Below are positions 1 to 11,705 of a stretch of 64,000 nucleotides of DNA, in pieces. The notes under the pieces are model-generated. The model made no database searches, was not told the DNA's origin, and saw nothing but the letters and a program-made list of their open reading frames with translations. Source of the DNA: the human T2T-CHM13v2.0 reference genome, Homo sapiens; assembly GCF_009914755.1 (NCBI RefSeq), contig NC_060934.1. The stretch is one strand, 5' to 3'. Both the position numbers and the translations under genes were made by a program. The first letter of the stretch is position 1, and every line of letters starts with the position of its first letter.

Positions 1-681
1 ATTAGCACTTGCTAATGAAAGAAACCTCAGAAACAGAAGAAGGAAGAGACGAGATGCTCTCTCTCCCCTTGCAGCTGACAGGACGCAGAGCCAAAGAGCC
101 TGTTTAAATGGGTGCTAACCCTAGAGTATTTGCGGGTGTGTCGGGCTCCGGCCGAGCCTCCTGCGAAATCAGCTGCCCCATCCCCTTCTGCTTTCTGCTT
201 TTACAGATCTGTCCTCCCAAACATTCTTGTAGCAAATGTGCCTCCAAATCTCCTGGGATCCCAAGATTAGGCTCTGCTCTGTGGAGTATAACCTTTAATC
301 TCTACACAGCGTAGTTTGCCCTGGTAATCATATTTAATACAAGGTCCTATTTCCTGAAATATAATATGAGATGTGTTGGGTTCCCCCCAGCTTTGACACT
401 TGCCTTTCTCCTTCCATGCAGAAATGTTTAATAAATAACTTTGATGAAGTCTTGAACTTAAGACCATGGATGTGATTAACTCCCCACTTCACTATTCACA
501 TTGATCATAAAAAAAATGGGATTTGAAAAATAGAGCTTTTAAGTTAATGAGGCTTTACATAAAGCCAAGTTAGTATTTTAAGACAGGAAAATGATGACTA
601 CATTCTGACCATCTGCGCCTTGCTAAAACCAAGAAGGAAAGAACGGTCAGACACATGGTAGTGGTGTGGCTCCTGGTTTCT

Positions 682-708
682 CTGTGTGTGTATGTGTGTG
701 TGTGTGTG
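682..708. repeat. (TG)n microsatellite
   Basis: ctgtgtgtgtatgtgtgtgtgtgtgtg. Confidence 0.9.
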
Positions 709-1059
709 CACATGCACTTCTAGAGCCTGGTGAAGTGCCTCCATTTCAAGGATATCCATGGGCATATATTTCTTCAAACAGACCCCCCTCTCTTCTCTAC
801 AATGGTGTCTGGTTCCCTGCCAGGGCTGTGCTTACTGAAAAAGCCAGCCTTTTAAAAAAAAACTTTTTGAGAATTTTCTGCATGCATGAGGCACTATGGT
901 ACCATCACTCACATACAGTAGGCAAAAAGCAATGAAGGAATATAAGTAAATTAAATGTGACCTGCAGCTTTTGCACAAATTGCATAGTATCTTACTCCAT
1001 ACAGAGCTTGGGCTTGCTCAGAAACAGCAACAACAGCAGTAATGTCAACATCAACTACT

Positions 1060-1285
1060 AATATTTGCTGAATGCTTACTATGTGCCAGGCGTGGTGGGA
1101 AGCACATTATCTGCATTGTCTCATTTAATCCTCACAATAACCCTATGGGGTAGATATTATTATACCCAATTTAAAGATCATGGAACTTGGGGCTAAGAGT
1201 GTGTTAATTATTTGCTCATGGTCCCAAAGCCAGTAAGTGGTAGGGCAGACTCACACTCAAATCTGCAGACTCCACAGTCCACGCT
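1060..1285 (-). mobile_element. MIR SINE
   Basis: gcttactatgtgccaggc...tcatttaatcctcacaataaccctatg...MIR core. Confidence 0.75.
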
Positions 1286-2724
1286 GGAAAATGGGGATGC
1301 TGAGGACACAAAGACAATGACAGCAGCAGGGGAGATTTATCTGAGACACACCCAGCCTTCTGTTTACCGGGGCCCAAAGGGAGAGTGACCTTAGACTTAA
1401 TCATGATGGATATTAATACCCACAGGCGGATATTCTAGGCAGAGACAGTGGAGGCAAGGTCGCAGCTCAGAAAGGTTTAGCGAGTTTGAAGCAAGACTGT
1501 ACAGAGACTGTGATTACAGGAAGGAGCCATCCCTTAGAGGCAGGGGACTCACAAAAGTTAGCAGAGGAGAGAGAGCTCAAGGGCCTGTGAGATGCTGGAG
1601 AGTGCCTGGAGCCTGAGGAGGAAGCTCAGTTAGCAGGAGAGGGGCTGCTTAGTGAGGTCAGGAAATGAGACCCTGGGTGTCAAGCACTCAGCATCAGGGA
1701 CTCAGCCTACAGCTGTGGGCTGGTGGGGCTGCTGGTGAGTGCCAGTGTCATCGCCACGCCTCAGCTTCATGGGGCTGACTGGGTGGACAAACAGTGGAGG
1801 GGGGATTTGTTGGAAGGTGGTAGAGCCAAAAGTAGACAGCCTTTCAAGAATGGAAGGAAGCATTGCCACGAATGTCCCAAAGCCACTAGCAAGCTGAGGA
1901 CAGTGGACAGTTTCTATTCCCTGCTGTGGGTGACTCATAGCATAATTGTGGCACTAGGGAAATAAGGCTGAATCCATCTGGATGTCAAGGGCAAAGTCCA
2001 AGTCACTTACAGTGTCATAAGGACACAGGATATACTCTGAGCCAAGGGCCACAAGGAAAAGACACCCAGGACAAGATTCTGGGCAGCTCACTGCAAATCT
2101 GCAGTCTTGCAGCCTTCTTGTGGAAGGGCTGAGACCAACCCTGTAGCCCCCAGACCACCCATGAGAAACAGCTGAGCAAAGGCCCATGGGCCCCACTCCA
2201 CAGGGCTGACAGATCCTGCCTATTTAGTCCTGAAATTATGCATTTGTAAAAGCTCAGTGATCTATCTTTTCCCCCTACAGAACCAAATATAACTATAAAG
2301 TAATATGCTTATTGAGATAATTCACAGAAGAATGACTAAGAAGCACTTGGAAAGTGCTCAACTGCTCAAGAATCAAAGGACTGCAAAATAAAGCCACAGC
2401 GAGAAATCACTTTTACCTTCAAATGAACAAAGATAAACACGATGATATTTATTCCAACAAGGATGCAACAAAACAGGCAAGACAATACTGGGCTTGAGAT
2501 TGGCACTTGGGAAAACAGCAGTAGTCTTAGAAAAATGCCCAGCACTGGTACCCAACAATTACACTTCTGAGATCTAGCTAAAAGAAATGATATAAAATAT
2601 AGAAAAATATTTCTTCCAGTGATATTTATCATATTATTTGTAATACTTAAAAACAAAAAGTAAACTAAATATCAAAAATGGGAAGGGTTCAGTAAATTAT
2701 TGTAATTCCACACAAATCATCCAT

Positions 2725-3600
2725 TCGTTCATCAAAAAACATGTATTAACCACTTCCCATTTGACACACCACACCTCTGTTCTGTGCTGGAGCTGCTCTT
2801 GTGGAACTCCCAGTCCACTGCTGACTGCAGGCAGGCATATCCACAAATAAAAGTGGCAGAATAATACAGGTGAGAAGACAGAGGTCTGCACAGCAGAGGG
2901 AGTGGTCCATCCACCTAGGAAGAGCCACCTGGGGGCAGTCAATCAGGAAAGCCTTCAAGGATGAGGTTACCCTTAAGCTTATTTACAGAGGATCGGACTT
3001 ATCTTGGTGGTCTGAGCCAGGAAGGAGTTAGGAACGTGCTGCAGGCAGAGGGTATGCTGGGCACAAAAGCCCTGGAAGCTGAGCCATCCTGGTGTGCTGA
3101 ACAGCCTGCAAGCTGGCATGAAAAACAGCCAGAGACCAGAGAGGAGGAGTCAGGGCAAAGAATATGGCAGGACTGGGGACTGAGTGGGAAGTGTCTGGCA
3201 TGCCATTCTAGAAGAAGTTTGAGCTTGTCCTTGCAGACAACAGAGAGCCATTAACAAGTTTTCAGCATGGAAGAAAATGACAGGATTGGTCCTTTTGAAA
3301 GGTCACTCTGAAGGCTGAGAAGGACAATTATCCAGGACAAGAGTACCAGCAGCAAGTCCATTATGTGACGTGCCTCCATTTCAAGGATATGAGATGTGTT
3401 GGGTTCCCCCAGCTTTGACATCTCTCTCTGTCTGTTTTTGGTGACAAGTGGGGTGGGAAGAGAGGGTGCAGGCCCAGACACTCCCAGTTTCCTGCAGGGA
3501 GGCTGGGTGACCACCTTTGTACAAGACATATCATGGCAAAGAGAGGTGTGTGAGAGGAAGAGATCAATTACGGATGCCCTGAGCTTGAGGGGTGTGTGGG
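2725..3600 (-). mobile_element. L2 fragment(s), boundaries approximate
   Basis: cattcgttcatcaa tail; ggaaagccttc...gaggttacccttaagct; ttttgaaaggtcactctg L2-type motifs. Confidence 0.55.
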
Positions 3601-4439
3601 ACCATCAGCTGGAGGCGGTCAGTTCTCGGCTGCATGTAATCGCTGAAAAGGGTTACATGAATCTGCAGAGAGAGTTTCTAAAATGAAGAAATATTTTAAA
3701 AAGCAAGGGAACTTTGTCTAAACTCATCCTTTCAATGCAAATAAATGTTAGATTCCTAAAAACTCCTAAGACAGTAGAATGTGCAGTTTGAGAAAACAGC
3801 CTATTACAAGCCAAATAGGCCTGAAAGGACTAATTTTACAAGTGAGCTCATGAAATATTTATAAATATTTTACAGTCACTGAAATCAGGCAATAAAAGCA
3901 ATATCAATGGTGTTTCACACACTGTTCTCAGCAATAGCAGGTAAGTCAGGTATAATTAATTTACATTTGTCATCTCCAGCTCCCTGGAAATATCCTGGAA
4001 CCACCAGCCTGTGGTTTCAATGAAATGTTTATATGTTCATCTGGTTCTGCTGCAAATAATAAAATAAGCTACCATTATTTTCTGCATTTGGTTCTGCATC
4101 TGAAAGTTCAGCAATTTTGTTTCCCAGTTGACCCCAACTCCTGGGCCAGCCCCAGGACCCAATGACACAGCTCCCATATGAATTGGCTGGCACTGAACAA
4201 AACCCCCGTGAGCAGGAGCCACCATTACTACTCTCACACTGAGCACAGAACACCAGACACTGAGCTAGAAATGTTACACGCACACACCTTCCCACTCGAG
4301 CACAATACAAACCTACAGTACGGTCTGTGTGCTCCAATGAGGACACTCCAGCTCTGAAAGGGGAAGTGAGCTGCCCAAAGTCACACAGCTAGAAAGTGGC
4401 ACTCCCCTGAGTCTACTGGACTCCACAGGCCACATTCCA

Positions 4440-4605
4440 AGTTAGTGTTTCTGAAGCTTATATGTACATTTAAATCACTTGGGTTCTTTTTAAAAGGCAG
4501 ATTCAGATTCAGATGGTCTGGAGTGGGGACTGAGATTCTGCATCCTTTGCAAGCTCCCAGATGACATGCATGCTGCAGCTCCAGGAACCACGCTCTGAAC
4601 ATGAA
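4440..4605. mobile_element. MER5A (hAT-Charlie MITE)
   Basis: atcacttgggttctttttaaaaggcagattc...ggtctggagtggggactgagattctgcat...aagctcccagatga. Confidence 0.75.
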
Positions 4606-5481
4606 GGGTGTAAACCACTATATTATATTGCTCCCTTTTATGGCCAAAGAAGAACTAATGCCTAGACATTGACAGCAGCTGTGGTAAAGCCAGTGCGCAG
4701 AACCAAGTCTCTCTAGCACTGAATTCCATGCTCTGGCTGGTTATGAAAGGCCATAGTACAGGCACTGGGCCCCAACAGCCACAGGTTCAAACCTTGGCTA
4801 GGCCCACCACCAAGCAGCCAGCACATTACTTAACTTTTCCAAGCCTCAGTTTGCTCCTCCCCATAATGCTGGTACCTGCCTCCTGGGGCTGCTTGACCAG
4901 GGCAGTTTGAGAAAACAGTAAATTATGAACATAAGGGAGGTAATTAGTGTAAGTACTTAGCATAACACCAGGAAAAATTAGTAATAACAATAGTAAATAG
5001 CTCCATAGCACTTCGTAAATGCTCCATAAATATTAACTTGTCTTATGTGATGTGTGCCCCATTTTAACCAATAGTCTTACTCTTAGTTATAACAATAATA
5101 CACATTCATTGTTGTAAGTTTAATAAATATCAAAAAAGTATCACAGAGAAAACAGTCGTGCCTGCATGCCTAACTCCCAAAGGTAATAACAGTAACATTT
5201 TGGTGCAGTTCATTTCTGTATTCTTCCTTATCTTAAAACACAATATTAACCAAATTAGTGTTGTGTGTCTATCTATAACTATGCTATTCAATACAGTAGG
5301 CACATGTGGCCATTTAAATTTAAATATAAATGGAAGAAAATTAAATAACATTGAAAATTTAATCCCCCAGTTCTTTTTGCCACCTTTGAAGTGCCCAATA
5401 GTGTGAACAAATGTGAACCTGAAAGAGCCAGTCCCTCAAGATGGATTCTGAGCAGCTAACTGGGCCCAAATTTAAAATAGA

Positions 5482-5878
5482 TTGCTTTGGCTATTCAGGC
5501 TCTTTTTAGGTCCCATATGAATTTTAGAATAGTTTTTTTTTCTAATTCTGTGAAGAATGACATTGGTAGTTTGATAGGAATAGCATTGAATCTGTAAATT
5601 GCTTTGGGCAATATGGTTATTTTTACAACATTGATTCTTCCAATCCATAAGCATAGAATGTTTTTCCATTTATTTGTGTCATCTCTGATTTCTTTCAGTA
5701 GTGTTTTGTAGTTCTCTTTGTAGAGATTGTTCACCTTCCTGATTAGCTGTATTCCTGGGTATTTCATTTTCTTTGTGGCTATTGTTTAAGTGGGATTGTG
5801 TTCTTGATTTCACTCTCAGCCTGAGATGCTGTTGGTGTATAGAGATGCTACTGATGTTTGTACATTGATTTTGTATAC
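5482..5878 (-). mobile_element. L1 ORF2 fragment, inverted
   Basis: ORF 5495-5767 [56 protein letters not shown] matches L1 ORF2. Confidence 0.93.
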
Positions 5879-5879
5879 A

Positions 5880-6228
5880 GTAACATGGATTGAGCTGGAA
5901 GCCATAATCCTAAGCAAATTAACGCAGGAACAGAAAATCAAATACTGCATGTTCTTCCTTATAAGCAGGAGCTAAACATTGATCAGACATAGACATAAAT
6001 ATGGGAACAATAGACACTGTGGACTACTAGAGGGTGGAGGAAGGTGAGATGGGTTAGAAAACTACCTATCAGGTACTATGCTCACTACCAGTGTGACCGG
6101 ATCCATACTCCAAACCTCTCAGCATCACATAATATTCCCATTTAACAAATCTGCACATGTACCCCCTGCATCTAAAATAAAAGTTGAAATTTTTCTGAAA
6201 AAATGAGTTCAGGCAAAAAAAAAAAAAA
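5880..6228 (+). mobile_element. L1 3' end (L1PB/L1MA-like) with A-tail
   Basis: acatggattgagctggaagccataatcctaagcaaattaacgcaggaacagaaaatcaaatactgcatgttc...ctaaaataaaagttgaa...poly(A). Confidence 0.9.
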
Positions 6229-6649
6229 ACCCTACTCTACAAGGTACCTTAAATTTTTAAGATATGGTCCTGGTAAAACAAGGGTATTTATAGTTTTTGA
6301 ATTTAGAAGCACAGTAAGCAAAAGATCTGCTAAGCAACCAAAAGTAGGAGAATGTGATGAGTTACATTTCTCACTGTAATTGCTAAGCAGCAGCAAATAG
6401 CTTCCTGATTGGTACAGGTGCTTCCAGGGCTATTTAATAGGACATTCATTGTTATTCTTGTTGGTAGTTAATCTTCAACTGTGCTGCATTCAGGTCACCA
6501 TGCTGTCCACCTGATCTCTAGATTATGTGTATTGCAGAAACATTTTAATGTTTTTCCTTGCAAGGATTCCAATCTAAACACAAATGATAAACTCTGCCTC
6601 TTCCGTAATCTGGTCCTGCTATGAGTTTAATACCAAACTCTCAATTAAG

Positions 6650-7035
6650 AGTGATACAGCAGACGGCTGCAGCCGTTATGGCAAGGACCATGGTGTATCG
6701 TTACACTACTTCCTCTTCCTGGGCACACAGGAAGTCCTCCCTTTCCAACCCGTCTTGCAGTTGTCTTGGGGGCCATGTGACTGTGTTCTGTTAATGAAAT
6801 GCAGATGGAAGGAATATGAGTCACTTTGGGGTCTGGCTCTTAAAACATCTTGTGCAATTTTACAGCTTTCTCTTTCCTTTCTGGAGTAATTATTCTAGAT
6901 AATGGAGCTCTCCACTGAAGCAGCCGAGACCCCATGTCGCTGGAGGAGAGCTGCAAAATAGCCAGACCAAGAAGCACCTGAGAAACAAACCTTTGCTGTA
7001 TTAAGCCATTGAAATTTCAAGGTTTATTTGTTACC
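6650..7035 (+). mobile_element. Old MaLR LTR (MLT1H/I/J-like)
   Basis: ggggccatgtgactgtgttctg...aatgaaatgcagatggaagg; gagaaacaaacctttgctgtattaagccattgaaatttcaaggtttatttgttac. Confidence 0.75.
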
Positions 7036-7085
7036 TTTTGCCCAAAATTGCTTTATGTTTCATAAGTAAATAAAAACTAAAAGCT

Positions 7086-7093
7086 AAAAAATA

Positions 7094-7140
<47 letters not shown>
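7086..7140 (+). repeat. (AAAT)n, derived poly(A) tail
   Basis: About 12 AAAT units directly before the duplicated target site. Confidence 0.9.
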
Positions 7141-8168
7141 AACAGAGCCAAGCAACCATTTGCTGACTAGAGGTCACACAGGTACTCTGAGTTCCTTGAA
7201 GAACCACCCTTCTGTTTAACATTGGGACTTGCAGAGCTCACCTGAACCAACCAATCAGAGCTCACCTGCCTCCTCGAATCAGGGCTCAGCTGTATCAACT
7301 AGTCAGAACTGCACCGCATCAACCAATCTGAACTAAGCAAGTTTGAATCTTTCATTTGAATAAATGAACTTGATTGGGAACCTAGGTGGGAGTTTTATCT
7401 ATAAAAGCCAAACCCTCTCTTTGTTCTCCAGAACACACCTTTGTTTTATACCAAGGTTGTGCCTTCTGGGTTTGCAGACTGTGACAGGAATAAAGTCTTT
7501 TTCCTTCGAATTCCTTTTCCAAGAACTTTTGTTCATGATAGGTCTGTGTTGCTAGTGACTCCCACACTGAACAATGCAGGTATTTCCATCATTGAAGAAA
7601 GTGTCATTGGACGGTGCTAGCTAGATACAGTCTTAGAACTTCCTTTTCCTCACTTAGCACCCTATCATGTACAGTTTCACATATCATCATTGTCCAAAAA
7701 CTGATTTTACTGTCTGAATTATATAGATGCTCTTGGTTTATTTATCTGGTCTTCTATGTTTGGATACTTAGATTGCTTTCAAATGGTCACTGTCATAAAT
7801 GACACCCTAGTAGACATCCATGGGCAGCAACTTTTGTGTATGTCTCTATTGATTATCTTAGGATAAATGTCTATCTACAAGTAAAATTATGGGGCCAAGA
7901 GGACGTGCACTTTTTAAGGCTTTTGATGTATATTTCCAATTGCACTCTGAAAAGATCATATCAATTTATCCTCCCAGTGTTATTTATTTTAGTGCTTGCC
8001 AACATGAGAAAATAAAACTGTATTTCATTTTTATTGTATTTCTGTCATTATTAGAGAGATTTACAACTCTATTAGAGGTCCCCAGATCAATTGTATCTAT
8101 TTATACAAATTATTTTATGAAATAACAAACTTGTCAAAGTGTATATGGAGAATACAGCTTCTACTCAC

Positions 8169-8325
8169 CAAATAAAACATGGGAAGGCTGCCCAGAGCCC
8201 ATCTGTGCATTAAACCCATGCTGGGCTGAGCAGAGGTCCAGTAAGTATTTACTGGTCTTGGCTGAATCTGTGACAAATGTGTGCTTCTTCCCAGTGACAC
8301 TGCTTGTGATGGTGAACTTTTTTTG
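8169..8325 (-). CDS. FRMPD2: FRMPD2 exon 15 (FERM F3), 157 nt, phase 0-1
   Basis: cttcag|CAAAAA ... TTTG|gtgagt; [52 protein letters not shown]. Confidence 0.95.
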
Positions 8326-9752
8326 CTGAAGGAAGCAAACACAGACTTTAATACACTGATCATCCACAACCCTCCACTGACGCACAACTGCAAGAAAATG
8401 CTCGGTCCCTTGGTTCCACACCCTGTAGCAGGCATCCACGGGTGCATGGCAGATGCTGTCTGACTATGGCCTGATATTTTCCTTAGCTTAAAGAAAATCC
8501 CTCTTTTTAGTTTTTCCTTCATTCATCAATCAAATTGTTTATCAAACAATAACTATTTTTCAAGGAGTGTGCTGGGTGAGAAGAATATGAAGTGGGTCAG
8601 GTATATTGACCTCAGCAAGGACGGAACCTAACCCTCAGTGTGCATTATGACAAGCCACTAAGTATTCCCATTGTTTTTATTGTACAAACTCCAAGAAGTT
8701 GTAGACAAAATCTCAACTAGTTGGGTTATGAAAAAGATAAAAACACCTGTGTGTTATAATATTTCTGGCTATAATGTAGCAGGTTCTATTCTAAGTGCTT
8801 TATGAGTATGAATTTATTTTATCTTCACAACTACAGAATAAGAGAGATTCTATCAGTATTTTTATTCTACAGATAAAAAAAAAAAGAGCAAGAGTCCTCA
8901 AAATGCCACAGGAATTGAGGTCACACCACAAAGAAACGCTTCCCCACATTATACCTTCAAGGCCCACATACAAAGTGATAATATTTGTCCAGCTCACTGG
9001 GCTAAACTGGTGAAGATGACCTATATGAGGCTACCTGTATAGAGCCTTATGAAAAAAAAGTACAAATTTTTGCAATATATTATTCTGATAAGAACAATAA
9101 AATATATAGGTGATATTAAATATTAATTCATATAAAACTTCCAAATAAAATCTTCATTCTAGATATTCTATCTATTTCAATAAGAACCTTCAGCTTGCTC
9201 CTATAAAGGTAACTTTATAGAAACAGGGCTTATGCTTGAAAGGGCTTCCGGAAACCCCTGATCCTCTTTAAGGCTTATCTCTTTTAATTCCTGATAGTCA
9301 CCATTTCTAAGAAACTCCATTCACGCATGTCAGATATCAACAAAAGGCAGATAAATATTCATTGCTTTTTCTTTGAGAAACCCCTTTTTACCATTAACCT
9401 AATTTTAGATAAGTTTCTCATTCTCTGTATACTCTTTACTTTTACTGACAAGTATAGTGCTAAGCCTCCTTGTGCTAATAGGAATGGATTCTGAATCCAA
9501 TTGAACTGTACTATAACTAATATTTCTTTAAATAATGTGTTGTCTCAAGCATTCATAGATGCTGCTCCGCCAGTCGTAATAATTCTTCTTTAGTACTCAA
9601 CTGATCATTTCATCCACACTTTTTCAAAGTCGAATATTTGCTTGAAATCCATACACTTTGTCAGTACACACTGATAGGCTTTCATGCAATCCTGACAATT
9701 TTATATTAAGTTTATTCAGATATTAAGCATTTTTTATATGAATAAGTCACTC

Positions 9753-10035
9753 TTTTTTTGAGACAGGGTTTCGCTCTGTCACCCAGGCTGGAGTGCAGTG
9801 ACACAATCATAGTTCACTGATACCTTGAAGTGCTGGGTTCAAGCAATCCTCGCACCTCAGCCTCCCAAGTAGTTGGGACCACAGTGAGGCACCACCATAC
9901 CCAGCTAATTTTTGTATTTTTTAGAGACAGGGGTATCGCTCTGTTGCCCAGGCTGCTCTCGAACTCCTGGAGTTAAGTGATCCTCCTCAGCCTCTGAAAG
10001 TGCTGGGATTACAGGGGTGAGCCACTGTGCCTTGC
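9753..10035 (-). mobile_element. Alu (J-like)
   Basis: tttttttgagacagggtttcgctctgtcacccaggctggagtgcagtg...gattacaggggtgagccactgtgcc; TSD gaataagtcact/gaataaatcact. Confidence 0.95.
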
Positions 10036-10422
10036 AAGAATAAATCACTTTTTAAAATGTAATAACTATTTTTTAACAAATCTGAAAAGGGAGAATCATT
10101 CACACACCCACATACAAACAAACACATACATCGAAGTTTCTTTTAGCTTATAAACTCTCAGCAAAACTCTCCTTTTCAGATGCCAGTGCTCCAAGGTATC
10201 AAACACCAGAGTGGAATGCTGATCCTATTTCTTGACATAAAGGTGAAAAGAGTCTTGACTGTCAAGAGTCTTTTCCATCATTTAATGGAAAATTCTTATC
10301 TGCAAACTTTCGCATAAGCAAGCTGCTACTCTGTGTATACGATGATGTATAACTCCAGTCTCTGGGTTTTCAGCACCAGCATGAAATCCTTTCTTTACAT
10401 TTCTGTGGTTGCAGCAGAAACA

Positions 10423-10480
10423 TTAGGTTGGTGCAATTACTGCAATTAGGTGGGCGCCATTACTCTTGCACCCACCTAAT
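10423..10480. mobile_element. MADE1-like mariner MITE
   Basis: ttaggttggtgcaa...ttgcacccacctaa terminal inverted repeats. Confidence 0.7.
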
Positions 10481-10643
10481 TCATGGCAGGTGCTTCTGTA
10501 ACATGTTGGTTTCAAAGCATCAGTTTACCATTTTGAATATTTTCATCCCTAGGAGTTCTTTTTTTTCTGTTGCTATTTGTTCACCTGCTTGATTATTTGT
10601 ATTTGATACATCTTTGTATGAAATACAAATAACATTTTTCTAG

Positions 10644-11705
10644 GCAGGGGAGACTTGTCATGAAACTAATGAAACTGAAGCTCCAGGGCCCTAACTTCCT
10701 GGGAGGAGCCCTGGCAATGCATTCACATGGTCTTATAATACACGGAAAGTAAGATGTTTTCACCCCAGTTGGTTAAGACCACTGACTCTTTCTACTCAGA
10801 CACACCCTCCTTGCCACGTCCCTTCGCACCAGGTGGTGTTGGGTGATACAGAGCAGAACCCTTTAAGAAGTTGAGATGGGGATACACTTGGTTTAGATTT
10901 AGTTGGATTTATTTAGGTGATTTGAAGGCTTTTCTAGAATAGTTACTTTATTGCTAGCCATCCCAGAATACTCCTTCCATTTGTCTAACTCACCTAAAAT
11001 CTCAGCAGAAAGGTGCAGGGCCAGCAGCCAGATGAAATTGACCATGCCCTATAATACCCAGCCCCCGAAGGAAGCATGAGCTGTACAGAGCCAGTAGCTG
11101 ATCTACAGGAAGTTTTTGCACTCATCAGAAATGAAAAACTATAATTTAGTTCTCAAAAATACTCATCTAATTGAAATGCTTCCCTATCAGGGATATACTC
11201 TATAATTGTGTATACCGCATTATCAACACATGACACGTTTTTTTTTATGGGAATCCCATGAAATAGAATTTGTCAGGTTTCCTGCATTTGCAGCAAATAA
11301 CTCTGTTGCAGCACTAGAAAGAGCAAAAATGTTTCTGTGCAAAGCTGCGTGTTTCATGCATCCTATTAATCCTTTCAATAATAAAAACAGATTTCAATCC
11401 ACCATGCTAGAAGAAAAACTAAACTATATTTCTATCCTCTCTAGAGAAAATGATATTACAAAAGCGCCATCATACAGAAAAATAATCAGGGTACGCCATT
11501 AAAAATTTGAAAGGAAAAAAGTATTATAGGCATTGTCAGGAAGTTAATAAAAATATTACTTGCTGGCTTTTTTGATATCTGCAGGATTTGTTCAGCTTTT
11601 AAAAATTCATAAAGTTTTTGTGATTTCTTTTCTCATTCTGAATAAATATTTCTTTCATGCCATCTTTTGTAACTTTGTATTCTTTTTCATAAAGAGGGCC
11701 CTAAA
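10644..11705 (+). mobile_element. Zaphod/MER115-like hAT-Tip100 element
   Basis: Terminus caggggagacttgtcatgaaactaatgaaactgaagctccagggccc; ORF 11206-11502 contains NKNRFQSTMLEEKLNYISILSRENDITK (hAT C-terminal dimerisation domain). Confidence 0.75.

Larger units (their letters stand above)
5402..7537 (+). mobile_element. ERV-type solo LTR (LTR47/MER72-like, family tentative), split into about 5402-5481 and 7139-7537 by an L1 insertion
   Basis: Termini tgtgaacaa...ttgttca(tg), ATAG on both flanks, CCAAT boxes, tataaaa at about 7400, aataaa at about 7489; host MER3-type element resumes after 7540. Confidence 0.7.

Noticed and set aside
1-8168. FRMPD2 exon 16 (DHDKFVQM...)
   Set aside because: Not found; presumably lies beyond the left edge of the window.
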